A stretch of DNA of 64,000 bases from Macrostomum lignano (taxonomy: Eukaryota): NCBI GenBank assembly GCA_002269645.1, contig NIVC01000107.1, positions 310,001 to 374,000 of the forward strand, in the 5' to 3' direction. This document shows, piece after piece, positions 1 to 29,424 of this stretch. The notes under the pieces were generated by a model, which saw nothing but the letters and a program-made list of their open reading frames with translations, did not search any database and was not told where the DNA came from. The number at the start of each line of letters is the position of its first letter. Position 1 is the first letter of the stretch. The position numbers were made by a program, and so were the translations under genes.

Positions 1-400
1 ACAAAAATATTAGAAAGCCCTTAAAACAGTATTTTTGTGCTCGAACATGAGAAAAAAATTGCAGAGTAAGACTGAAGAAGAGGCATATGGATTTTCCTCT
101 GCATTTTTTCCTTTTAGAGCAAAATCGGCAGAAAAAGACCTGGTTCTCAAATGTGCAGCAAAATCTGCAATCCGTAATTCCCAGAAACGAGACTAAAGCG
201 TAATGTTACTTTACGCGAAAATTTAAAAGGTTTTTTCCTTGCTTGCTCATTTCGAAAACTTAATTCTCGTCTCGGCGGCTTGCTCGCACAACCCGGAACA
301 GGAAACTAGCCGCACGATCAGCGGGAATAAAATTGCGGGAGGGGATTAGCTCATTTGTTAGTTAGTAATTTACGGTTTACAGCCGTGATCTAAAGTGGTC

Positions 401-18186
<17,786 letters not shown>

Positions 18187-18895
18187 TCTAATATTAACTG
18201 ACAATAATAAATAATAAATTAAATACATATCCGCCGCATACTACTGCTGCTGCGCGAGACTACTGCTGAACAAAAATTCTGGCAAAACGTCTGCTAGCGA
18301 TTTCAATCAATCAATACTGAACTCGGGTTCGCAGTCGGACACACTGATTAGAGCCATTCCTGTATTGCTACTTGATTTCTTGATCAGAGCTCCCTGCCTC
18401 TGCACACCCACTAATCACTGCTTTATACACCTCTGCCCCAGCCAGGTGCAATCCGACTTCCTTTTTGGTCCGTTTTTTTGCTGTCTTCAAGTCTGTCCCC
18501 AGTCTGATTCGCAATTTTGTTTTTTTTGAGTTTTGTTATAATTGCAAATTTTATAAATTGATTATTTTGAGTCAATTCTGTGCAGTAGAACTGTTTTTAA
18601 CTGATTAGCGCTTTCTTATCTGAGTGATTCTTCCCCAGTAATCCCCTTCAATTGGTGCTTTGAAATTCATTTATTCACTGTTTTGTACCTGATTACTATT
18701 AGTAATATATTTATTAATTTGTTACTTTTTCCGCACGGACTGTTTAGTGGACATATAATAAATAATAATGATGATGATAATAGCAACAAATGTTCGCAGG
18801 CTCAGGTGCCAATGGACTTATCGACTCATTCATTTATTACGAGCGTATCTGAAAGGTTTTCCGGCTCTCATCTTGAGGGTCATGAAGAATTGAAC

Positions 18896-19011
18896 TTTGA
18901 GGAAAGCCAGGAAAACGAAAGCAAAAACGAACATTCGCATTTATGACCAAAATTATTAAATAAAAAATGCGAATGTTTGTTTTTGCTTTCGTTTTCCTGG
19001 CTTTCCTCAAA
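18896..19011. repeat. Near-perfect inverted repeat (47-bp arms, ~22-nt loop)
   Basis: tttgaggaaagccaggaaaacgaaagcaaaaacgaacattcgcattt pairs with aaatgcgaatgtttgtttttgctttcgttttcctggctttcctcaaa, one mismatch. Confidence 0.92.
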
Positions 19012-19376
19012 CGATGTACCTTACCTTGACTCTGAATTGAAATTTAAAGTGCACAGTCGGTTGGAGTTTTCCTATGGCGAAACTCTGAAGCCTCTGACAA
19101 GTGACGAGAATTGCTTTTGTCAGCCAAAGTTGAGAATTCCCATTTGCCAGCAGTAGATATGGTCTTGCCCATAGACAGGAAAAATGGTCAATCAAATTGA
19201 TAAATCTGGGGCCCGTGCTATAGAATACTCTTAACTACTAAATCCTTAAGAGTGTCCTAACTCCTAGCTCCTAGCTGGCTTTTCTGTGCGAATAGAATCA
19301 AGAGTAAATTTTGAGAGTTAGGAGGCCCCTTAAGGACGTTAGGATACTCCTTGGTGAATTTAGGAGACCTCATTAA

Positions 19377-20616
19377 CAGTAGGAATACCAAGCCATTTTT
19401 CCGCCCGTCGAACTACCAAGGGGGGGAGGGAATTTCCCCCCCCTGACAATTTTTTTTGCTGCGCCGGAACGGAGCAACGCAGACACACAAAATTCAAGAA
19501 CACGGGCTAACTTTTTGTTGCGCACCTTCTCAAACAAGAATCAAGTCGCCAGCCCTCCGGACCGTCGAGATATTCAACAGGTGGCATCAGGGGAGTAAGG
19601 ACAACTGAGCGTGATTTTTCATCATGCTCTTAACATTTCTGAATCATAAAAAAATAAAAAAACCGATTGAATTTACTGGCTTCTTAAAAGCATAACCCTT
19701 TCTGCATAAAAATTGGGTTCAATATTATAGTTGAATAAACTATACAGCTTTTCGAATAAAATATGTATGTAGCTCGTATGCATAAAAGTATGTGTAATAA
19801 TAATATAAATATACAGCAACATGAGTTCAAGCTTAACTATAGCAATTTCCGTGCTTGAAAAATTTTGAGAGCTTTAGAAATGTTATAAGAGCATGATGAA
19901 AAATCACGCTCAGGTGTCCTTACTCCCCTGGTGCCACCTGTTGAAGGTGCCGACGGCGTCGGGGTGATGGCTGAATGCTTGACTGACTAGCTGAGGATGT
20001 CCAGTAGTTGAGGTTTGCTCATTATTGAAGCTTGATAAGAAAAACCTGACATAGTTGCAAAAAGAACGTCCATAGTCACCTGATGCCACCTGTTGAAGGT
20101 GCCGACGGCGTCGGGGTGATGATGGAAGGCTCGAGAGACTAGCTGAGGATACCTAGCAGTTGAGGTATGCCCACTGTCGAGGCTTGATCAGCGAAACTCG
20201 AGAAATTCGTATCAGAGTGTCCATAGTCACTTGGTGCCACCTGTTGAAGGTCCAGAAGCTCCGCCTGGGTGAAGGCTAGTGACCAACGAAGTCAGAGCTG
20301 ATGCAGACACATGTGGTCGACGTGCTGATGAAATTTGGAGGCTTGGCAAGGCTGCACTGAGGCGCAGTGCTGATTGGCGCACAGGGGTGTACTGAATACA
20401 CTGGCGCTCATGGGAAAAATCCGACCCTCCGGCAGAACCGTCGAATACCTCGACGGTCCGGAGGGCTGGCGACTTGATTCTTGTTTGAGAAGGTGCGCAA
20501 CAAAAAGTTAGCCCGTGTTCTTGAATTTTGTGTGTCTGCGTTGCTCCGTTCCGGCGCAGCAAAAAAAGTTGTCAGGGGGGGGGGGAAATTTCCCCCCCCC
20601 CTTGGTAGTTCTACTG
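19377..20616. mobile_element. Non-autonomous foldback-like DNA element with TTAA target duplication
   Basis: TTAA|CAGTAG...CTACTG|TTAA. About 170 bp of near-identical TIR (19411-19580 vs 20445-20610), a nested inverted pair (19577-19640 vs 19877-19943) and three ~150-bp degenerate modules. No transposase ORF. Confidence 0.85.
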
Positions 20617-21099
20617 TTAAACCAATTTTGACTTTTGTTTACAGTCAGTACTAGCTCGTACAGTCTCTAAGATAATATGTACCTTCACTACATACCTGTA
20701 CATGTACATGTAGCTAGTTGAGAAAGTCAGAAATGAATTTTGAACATACGCTCGTAAAAAACTTGCGTGGCCAAGCTTAGCGAAACTAGTGCGCATATTT
20801 TCGTGCAGTTGCTAAGCTGTTTTGTCAAGCACATCTGCTCTCTATGAAGATCATAAAACACCTAAGCTTAATTGCTATGAGCATACGGTAATGCCAATCC
20901 ATCCAGTATTGTGTAAGCATACGGGTGATGTATGAGTGGGCAAACTAGATCGCAAAAGGCTGTATATTACGTGAATATGTTATTGAAATCATGCACAATC
21001 ATGAGTCGCATACCAATTAATAAAGACCATTTGGTCGAAAATGTGTACTGTTTACCAGTACATGCACGTCTCTATAGCCTTCCATCCTAATCTGTTCAT

Positions 21100-21408
21100 T
21101 CTCCCATTGTCTCTCTCTCTGCTCTCTCCTCTAGTATCCTCTATCATCTCTGCTCTCTGCTCGCTCATCTCCTCTCTATAATCTCTCCTTTCTCTTCTCT
21201 CATCTCTCTACTCTCTTATCTCTACTCTCTTCTATCTCCTCTCACTTTCTCCTATCTACTCTTTTCTCTCTCATCTCATCTCTCTCATCCCTCCCTCTTT
21301 TGACCTCTACTCTCTCCTCCCGTTTCTCTTGCCCCTCTTTTCTCTCTCCCTCGATTCGCTCTCCCCTTCTTCTCTCTCCTCTCCTCTCATTTCTCCTCTC
21401 CTCTCACA
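21100..21408. repeat. CT-rich low-complexity tract
   Basis: Degenerate ctctc repeats. Confidence 0.9.
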
Positions 21409-22346
21409 ATAAATTTGTATGAAATCCTCCGATGGAATAACCAACGGAGTTTTTGACGAGGAGCTGGCAAAAGTCATACGAAGTTAAATGAATTCGTGTT
21501 TAAGGATTATTTAGCTTTCTATTAAAAAACCTTCCAATTGCAAAACTATCTAATAAAAATCCTAAAAAGCAAAGTCCACGGGGGGTGTGTGTGAGATTTG
21601 AGTTAGTGTAAACTATTTTTTGTTTTATTAACTATAAGCTGCGTGCGGCAAGCAGAACCGATCCATCGACAGGTTTTATCAATCGAGATGACAAAATGAA
21701 TGGGATCATTAGGATTCCAAGTAAATACGTTTAATTGCCACATTAATTCACTTGGAAGTTGAAAGTAACATGATTGGTGGATGACGAAATGACTCTCTTC
21801 AGGTAGTGCATGTTAATTAAGATGACGAAGTGACCCTAGTCGAGGTGAGCACCCCAGACACCTCAGATGAAGAAATGACTAGGAACCACCGACTTATATG
21901 AGCTAATAATTTAATTTAATAAATTAATAATCGAGGTATCCTTTGTAGTCAAGTTGTTCCTCCTGAAATTCAGTCTGTCGCTCTTTTCATTTCTTTGCTT
22001 TTGGCAGTTGGTTACTATACCGACAAACGCCTACATTCCGTTCCTAAAGGCGATGTAAAATTTAATCGATATTGAGTCTTGACTACGGGCTTCTGACTAC
22101 AGCACAGACGCCAAATGTTGCCTGTACCAGCAAGTTGGCTGGTTCGGAACCCCTCCCGAAGGGTCTTTGACGTGACCGCTCTTTTTAAGATATGAACTTC
22201 CGAATCGAGACTATGAAGTGACAAACGGTTTATTTTAAGCTGAACCTTGCGTCCTCACTACACAAAGCCTCACTATGGCAACTGAATGAAAAACTTTGAT
22301 GTCAACAAAGCAGGGCATGCAGCTGCCGTCACGTCCTCGAGTTCGG

Positions 22347-22723
22347 TCAGGGCTCGCACGAGTCGCACTCGGCCAAAATCGTGCGGTCCTTTTTGACCTC
22401 CAGCACTCGGCAGTAGCCTGAGCAGCAGTCCTTGCCGCTCCAGCACCTGGTGCCGCCTTCTGAGCACGACTTGCTGGATGAGCAGGCCGGTGCCATCTCT
22501 AGCTCTGCAGTGAGGAAAATTGTGTATTTATATAGATACTTTATATAGAGTCTTTGGGGTTAATGGCCCTCCTGGGTGCGAATGGCTCAGTATAACCCAC
22601 CAGAGCCATGCAATACCTGTACTTGAAAAGAAGTCTCAATCGTCAGTTAATAAATGGCATTGCAAATGCATAAAACAGCTACTCACGGGTAAGAAGAGTT
22701 ATGATAATAAAAAAGTTGAACAT
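22347..22723 (-). CDS. Secreted knottin/conotoxin-like peptide K1 (64 aa)
   Basis: Exons 22723-22687 and 22504-22347, phase-1 GTGAGT...CAG intron. MFNFFIIITLLTQLEMAPA-CSSSKSCSEGGTRCWSGKDCCSGYCRVLEVKKDRTILAECDSCEP*. AATAAA on minus strand at 22229-22234. Confidence 0.88.
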
Positions 22724-23231
22724 TTGTAATTTAGTGAAGAAGATGGAACTGTGTGTGCAAAGTGCAGTTGGATTCGAAGATCGGTGGTACTCAGATCCGG
22801 ACACTTGGCTGCATGATGATGGAGATGGATGGAGAATGATAATCAGGCTTAGTTCTGGCTCAACTGCTGCCATAGACGGTAAAGGCCTGACACAAATTGA
22901 AGAGACAAAGAGAAGGTTCTGTAGCTGCCGGCGGAGACTGTCCCGCCAAGCATGGATTTCTTGTCTATGGTAAAAAGTCAAACTTCTCTGTGGCACAGTC
23001 AACTGCAAGTGCCAGGGGTTCTCAATTCCTCTGCAAGACCTGGTCACTAAAATCTCAAGCTTATATGATGTACTTGCTGCTTGCTTGGAATAGAACTGCC
23101 CTTTTTACGCAGTTATAGAATTTCTATTGGATACATGTAATTATTGGTCTGAAAGTTGGTAGCGGAAATGAAAGCTTAGCAATCTCTACACACGGATATA
23201 TTGCGGCAGAGATCAAAACGGGGTGAAAAGC

Positions 23232-23612
23232 ACAGGCTGGGCTGGCAGCAGAGATCAAAGCGGGACAGCAGGGTACAGGCTGGGCTGGCGGCAGAGATCA
23301 AAGCGGGGCAGCAGGGTACAGGCTGGGCTGGCGGCAGAGATCAAAGCGGGGCAGCAGGGTACAGGCTGGGCTGGCGGCAGAGATCAAAGCGGGGCAGCAG
23401 GGTACAGGCTGGGCTGGCGGCAGAGATCAAAGCGGGGCAGCAGGGTACAGGCTGGGCTGGCGGCAGAGATCAAAGCGGGGCAGCAGGGTACAGGCTGGGC
23501 TGGCGGCAGAGATCAAAGCGGGGCAGCAGGGTACAGGCTGGGCTGGCGGCAGAGATCAAAGCGGGGTAGCAGGGTACAGGCTGGGCTGGCGGCAGAGATC
23601 AAAGCGGAGCAG
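23232..23612. repeat. 42-bp minisatellite directly downstream of the K2 stop codon
   Basis: Unit caggctgggctggcggcagagatcaaagcggggcagcagggta, about 9 copies. Confidence 0.95.
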
Positions 23613-23625
23613 CAGGCACAGCAGC

Positions 23626-23950
23626 TCAGGTGCACTCTGCAGTGAACGTCAAGTTCGGCCAGGCCTTGAGCACTCTGCAGTAGTGTGAGCAGCAGTCTTT
23701 GCCCGACCAGCAGCTCACTCCGTTGACCAGACATGGCTCTGTGGCGGGGCAGGCGACTGATGATCTCAAGTCTGCAACAAATTGAGCGGGTAACGGACTG
23801 CTCTTTGTTCATTCTAGTCTTGGTTTTAATTAGGAAATAAAATCGTTATTTACAGTTGATATTAGTCGATAGACTGCCTGAAAACTCACAGATTAGCAGT
23901 AAAATGAAGAAAGCAAGCAGAAGTGACTTCACGGACTGGTGTATTTTCAT
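23626..23950 (-). CDS. Secreted knottin/conotoxin-like peptide K2 (68 aa)
   Basis: Exons 23950-23890 and 23771-23626, phase-1 GTGAGT...CAG intron. MKIHQSVKSLLLAFFILLLIYLRSSVA-CPATEPCLVNGVSCWSGKDCCSHYCRVLKAWPNLTFTAECT*. Shares CWSGKDCCSxYCRVL and AEC with K1. Confidence 0.9.
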
Positions 23951-24209
23951 GGCTGCGTGATCAAGTTGGCAAACCTGCAAACTGACTTCTTGTGGTGGTC
24001 GCTCAAGTGAAGGTGGGTGCCAAAGCGCATGGCACCGAGAAGTAAATAAAAGTCCTTGTCTTGAAATTGTCTGTGGCTGAAAACCTGTTTCTTGTAAAAG
24101 AACAAGACTCTGCTTTTACAAATCAAAGAGACCATTCTAAATCAGAATTTATTGCAAAAATTTTATATACCGGTATTTAAAGCAGAAATTTTCAGTGGAA
24201 AGAAACCAT

Positions 24210-25129
24210 ATGTCTGGCTGGCTTATGTTACTCCTGCTGGGCCTCTCCGTCAGCAGCCAACTGATTACATGTGAGTCAGGGAGTTTTCAATGTCAGCGTT
24301 GCGCGCCATCATTGTGTTATGAACTTTCATGTTCTGAATTCGTGTTCTGAATTTATGTGTCCTGAATCTGTGTTCTGAATTCGTGTTCTGAATTTGTGTC
24401 TTCAATCTGTGTTCTGAATTCGTGTTCTGAATTTGTGTTCAATCTGTGTTCTGAATTCGTGTTCTGAATTTATGTTCTGAATTCGTGTTCTGAATGATCT
24501 TGTTCTGAATTCGTGTTCTGAATTCGTGTTCTGAATTCGTGTTCTGAATTCGTGTTCTGAATTCGTGTTCTGAATTCGTGTTCTGAATTCGTGTTCTGAA
24601 TTCGTGTTCTGAATTCGTGTTCTGAATTCGTGTTCTGAATTCGTGTTCTGAATTTATGTTCTGAATTCGTGTTCTGAATGATCTTGTTCTGAATTCGTGT
24701 TCTGAATTCGTGTTCTGAATTCGTGTTCTGAATTCGTGTTCTGAATTCGTGTTCTGAATTCGTGTTCTGAATTCGTGTTCTGAATTCGTGTTCTGAATTC
24801 GTGTTCTGAATTCGTGTTCTGAATTCGTGTTCTGAATTCGTGTTCTGAATTCGTGTTCTGAATTCGTGTTCTGAATTAGTGTTCTGAATTAGTGTTCTGA
24901 ATTCGTGTTCTGAATTAGTGTTCTGAATTTGTGTTCTGAATTCGTGTTCACGAAGCTTCTTTCCTCCAATCCAGCAGCGCAGGCCTGCAAGTGCCCCAGG
25001 GACCACCGCGGCTGCACCCTGAAGCAGGACGGCCAGGTGTGCGGCCGCGGCAGCGAGTGCTGCTCCCGATGGTGCCGGCTGAGCTCGGTCGCGTCCGGCA
25101 TTAACAGGCGAGTCTGCGCGTCCTGCTGA
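24210..25129 (+). CDS. Secreted knottin/conotoxin-like peptide K3 (71 aa)
   Basis: Exons 24210-24270 and 24975-25129, phase-1 GTGAGT...CAG intron. MSGWLMLLLLGLSVSSQLITSAQA-CKCPRDHRGCTLKQDGQVCGRGSECCSRWCRLSSVASGINRRVCASC*. Confidence 0.9.
24328..24950. repeat. 13-bp minisatellite filling the K3 intron
   Basis: Unit gaattcgtgttct. Confidence 0.97.
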
Positions 25130-25289
25130 TGAAGCTGAGCTGGCACCAGGCTCCCGCGGCCTCATCGCTTGGGGGGAAGAAACCGCATCACTAGTGCATG
25201 TATTGTAATAAGTTCACTGTTTTATACTCTGTTCATTTTAAATACACAAGTTACCGCAACAAATCAGTACATTTTAGTACAGTAATAAT

Positions 25290-25692
25290 GTACTGAATAG
25301 TCTATATAGTCTATGTTCTTCACTGAATAGTCTATAGTCTATGGTCTTCACTGAGTAGTCTCTATATAGTCTATGGTCTTCACTGAATAGTCTATAGTCT
25401 ATGGTCTTCACTGAGTAGTCTCTATATAGTCTATGTTCTTCACTGAATAGTCTATAGTCTATGGTCTTCACTGAGTAGTCTCTATATAGTCTATGTTCTT
25501 CACTGAATAGTCTATAGTCTATGGTCTTCACTGAGTAGTCTCTATATAGTCTATGGTCTTCACTGAGTAGTCTCTATATAGTCTATGGTCTTCACTGAAT
25601 AGTCTATAGTCTATGGTCTTCACTGAGTAGTCTCTATATAGTCTATGGTCTTCACTGAATAGTCTATAGTCTATGGTCTAACAGTCTATACC
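25290..25692. repeat. 28-32-bp minisatellite, left arm of an inverted pair
   Basis: Unit gtctatggtcttcactgaatagtctcta(ta), ending in unique ggtctaacagtctatacc. Confidence 0.93.
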
Positions 25693-26619
25693 TATTGACA
25701 AACTCGGCAAATAAAACTTTGTTTAAAAAATTCGTTGCCCACCTCCGCTTGACTAAATTCCTACATGTACATTATTTTGAGAATTGGTGTTGCCAGGGCC
25801 CATTTTATTGCCGCAGGCACTCATTAAATTTAATTTGAATTTCTGAAAACCTTTCTGCCTTTCTGCAGAGGATAAACTATTTTATCCAATGACTCAAGAA
25901 GATTGAGAAAATTCATTAAAGACATAAACAAGCCACTCTGAACTGCCCTGAGGCTCGATTTAAATAAATGAGACAGAAGGAGGTGGTTCTTTGTTATTAA
26001 TATTTTTAAGAACGAGATAATAATGGGCCAAAGGACTGCAACCGTTTGATTGCGGGTGCTTTCTATTTAGCTATAGCTTTTTGATGATGATGGGACATTC
26101 CGGAAGAAAAAATGTTCTAGAAAGAGTAGCGCGGGAATTCAAGTTAACTATATTTAGAATTATTTTTATCGTGGAAATTTCTAGAATGAAATGTTTACTA
26201 CATGGTCAGAAAGTTTGCGAAGGTTCAGTACAAGGTCACTACGGCTTCATTTTGGTACGAGTGTACCGATAATATGATCTGCTTTACGTCGAGAAACTTA
26301 ATTATTTAGTAATTGATGATTAAAGTATAATAGCAATTAAAATTAAAAGTTTAAATTAAAATAAATTTTAAGAAATTAAGATTTTAAAACTAGGATTTTT
26401 CATCAAAAGAATAAGTTAATAACAGTAATAGAATAGCAACAAACACTAATTATTTTTTGTTTTTTTTCCTTCATTGTACTATAGCCTTAAATAACATTTT
26501 TAAATATGAAAATCAGCACCCTCTGCGCAAATTTTTAATAACAATATTTGTTGTTAATATGTACGCTCGTAAGTACGGTTGAATTTTTAAAAGAGCGCTT
26601 CGAATCACTTCGTACTGAC

Positions 26620-29424
26620 CTGCTTGAGGAAATTTTCCAGGCTGAACAAATTCGATTTTTGCAGTGTCCACAGCGTTTGTTCATGCACACTATGCGGCTT
26701 GCGGCAACGATCCATTTTGTGACCAGCATCAGGTGCGATGCAGAGTTGATCCTGCCTGGCATTTGGACGGCAGTCTCGAATTCGAAGCCATTTCGAGTTT
26801 CCCTTCTTGGCCACCAACAGCCAGGACTCCTGGCACTCATGCAGACCAGCGGGCCCGATGTCCTTTTTCAGTGTATAGTGCACCTGATCCTCCGATTCAC
26901 AGCAGTTGTCGCAGCCGAGACGCCAGCAATTGCCTTGCTCGATCATCGATGTTGGAAACCTGGCCTGCGATTGAAAAGTTTTTTCATAATGACCAGAGGT
27001 TTTGGTATAGACTGTTAGACCATAGACTATAGACTATTCAGTGAAGACCATAGACTATAGAGACTATTCAGTAAAGACCATAGACTATATAGAGACTATT
27101 CAGTAAAGACCATAGACTATAGAGACTATTCAGTGAAGACCATAGACTATAGAGACTATTCAGTGAAGACCATAGACTATAGAGACTACTCAGTGAAGAC
27201 CATAGACTATAGAGACTATTCAGTGAAGACCATAGACTATAGAGACTATTCAGTGAAGACCATAGACTATAGAGACTATTCAGTGAAGACCATAGACTAT
27301 AGAGACTATTCAGTGAAGACCATAGACTATATAGAGACTACTCAGTGAAGACCATAGACTATAGAGACTATTCAGTGAAGACCATAGACTATAGAGACTA
27401 TTCAGTGAAGACCATAGACTATAGAGACTATTCAGTGAAGACCATAGACTATAGAGACTATTCAGTGAAGACCATAGACTATAGAGACTATTCAGTGAAG
27501 ACCATAGACTATATAGAGACTATTCAGTGAAGACCATAGACTATAGAGACTATTCAGTGAAGACCATAGACTATAGAGACTATTCAGTGAAGACCATAGA
27601 CTATAGAGACTATTCAGTGAAGACCATAGACTATATAGAGACTATTCAGTGAAGACCATAGACTAAGACCGTGTTAAGTCAATGTCAATCAGACTCCAGA
27701 AAAAATATACCAATATCTCGCATTCTGGACTTCTGTATTGAAAACAAAGCAATTCTGCTTTTTTCGAAATTGATGCACAAGTTTCTTACGCTAAAGCTGT
27801 CAGTCCAGTCAGGTATCATAAATTCTACCAGAGACAAACCGACTAGTTTGAGCAAAGTGAGCGAAGTTCTGGCGATCCCACTATTTTCGTGCGTTCTATA
27901 TACGACCTAAGTTAAGTTGCTGTCCATGCTTTACGAGTGTAAGTACATGTAGTTTGATGCATTTAGCCACGATTTTTAAACGGCTGTTGAATATAATTTA
28001 CAATTTACGAGAAAACTCACAGTTTTATCATTTTCTGGCTTAAGATATTCCTTGATCCAATTTTTGTCCAGTTGATCCAGACCGGCTGCTCCAGATGCTT
28101 CCTCAATTTGTCTTCTTTTGTGCTGGGACACAAAACGTAAGCTCGGTAGCCGCTCAGCTGCCTCCTTCATCCGGCGAATGCCCTCGGCGGGATCTTGGCC
28201 GCTGACCAGGAGAAAGCGGCCGAACTCGAACCGGACGTGAAGCCTCGTCTTGTTGCTGTCTGCAGCAGCCTGCTCTTCGAGGGCTTCGTATCTCTCACGA
28301 AGTTCGACCTTGTCGACAGCTTCTTCATTCTCATTCAGACCCAGCAGCCTCAGCTGGGCCCAGGTGTTTGTTAGATCGACTTTTTGCAGCAAGTATCTGG
28401 CTTTCTGGATTCTGTCCTCGCCAGCATCTTTTGTTTTGATGAAGTACAGAGCGCACTGGAAAGCGAAATCGCTCTTCAGGAACTCGCTATCTGACAGAGT
28501 CTCGCCAGTCTTCAAAACCTTCAGCTCCTTGTTCTTGAGCCTTTTCTTGAGAATTTGGTCCTGGTCTCCTTGGATTGGCACTTTCTTCCACTGCACCATT
28601 TTTGTCAGTCCGCGATAGACTTTGCAGCAGGTGATGTATACATGGAGGTGCTCGCCTGCAAACTGAACCGCCTCATCTGCCAGCTGCTCAGACTTGTTGA
28701 AATGAACAGCGGAGTACGCGAGGGCCTCAGCGAACCGAGCCAGAAACATCGGGTGCTGGACTTTACATTTGTCCAGAATCCTCTTAGCCTCATCCCACAG
28801 CTCCACTCTTTCCTCTCCAATCTCAGCACTGAGGTCCGCCTGACGCCTCTGCATGGCCATCGCCTCTGCCAGACCGAAGCGCCAGTGGAAGCTCTGGACC
28901 GACTGCTCCAGATGGTGCTCCACCTCCAGCTTCAGGGCCTCCCGGAACGCCTTCGCGGCCTCCTCCAGCTGCTGCCTCCCGAAGCTGAGCAGAGTCCAGC
29001 CTTTGGCGCCCCAGACTGAGGCCCGGACCTGCGGCTTCTGCCACTCATCAGAGAGCTTCTGAAGCATCATCTGCTCTTGCTGCTCATCTGGGTGGAATTT
29101 GTTCATCAGGTGCAGCTCCGTGGCCTCGATCAGGAAGGCCACATCCATGGTTAAAGGTGAATTAGCATTCAAATCCAGCTTTGCTTCGTTAAGGTACTTC
29201 AGACACCGTGCTTCATCACCAGGTTGCTCCAGCATGTGCACGTAGACCAGACTCAGCAGGTGCAGCCCCTTTAGTCCGAGCTGGGTGTCCATCCTGCCTT
29301 GCAAGCTGCTGACGAGTCTGTCGATGCTCTCTGGGCTCTCGGCAAGTTTCGGCCTCCACTGGAAGTGACACGGAACCTCGCCCAGGCTCTTGAAAGACTC
29401 CGCTGGATTGTTGAGTTCCGCCAT
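26620..29424 (-). CDS. IFIT5-like TPR protein, predicted fused in frame to a ZC3H7/HELZ2-type zinc-finger exon; 3' end unresolved
   Basis: Exon 29424-28021 (468 codons) has IFIT hallmarks LGEVPCHFQW (cf. CHFTW), KGWTLLSFG...AAKAFREALKLEV and LHVRFEFGRF. Phase-0 donor ACT|gtgagt at 28021 matches phase-0 acceptor cgcag|GCC at 26964. Exon 26964-26620 encodes ...HECQESWLLVAKKGNSKWLRIRDCRP...CRKPHSVHEQTLWTLQKSNLFSLENFLKQ. Candidate last exon 26278-26225. The IFIT part is firm; the fusion is a prediction. Confidence 0.75.
27005..27665. repeat. 28-32-bp minisatellite, right arm, reverse complement of 25290-25692
   Basis: Starts ggtatagactgttagacc (mirror of the left arm inner end), then unit catagactatagagactattcagtgaagac. 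Lies in the predicted IFIT-ZnF intron. Confidence 0.93.
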
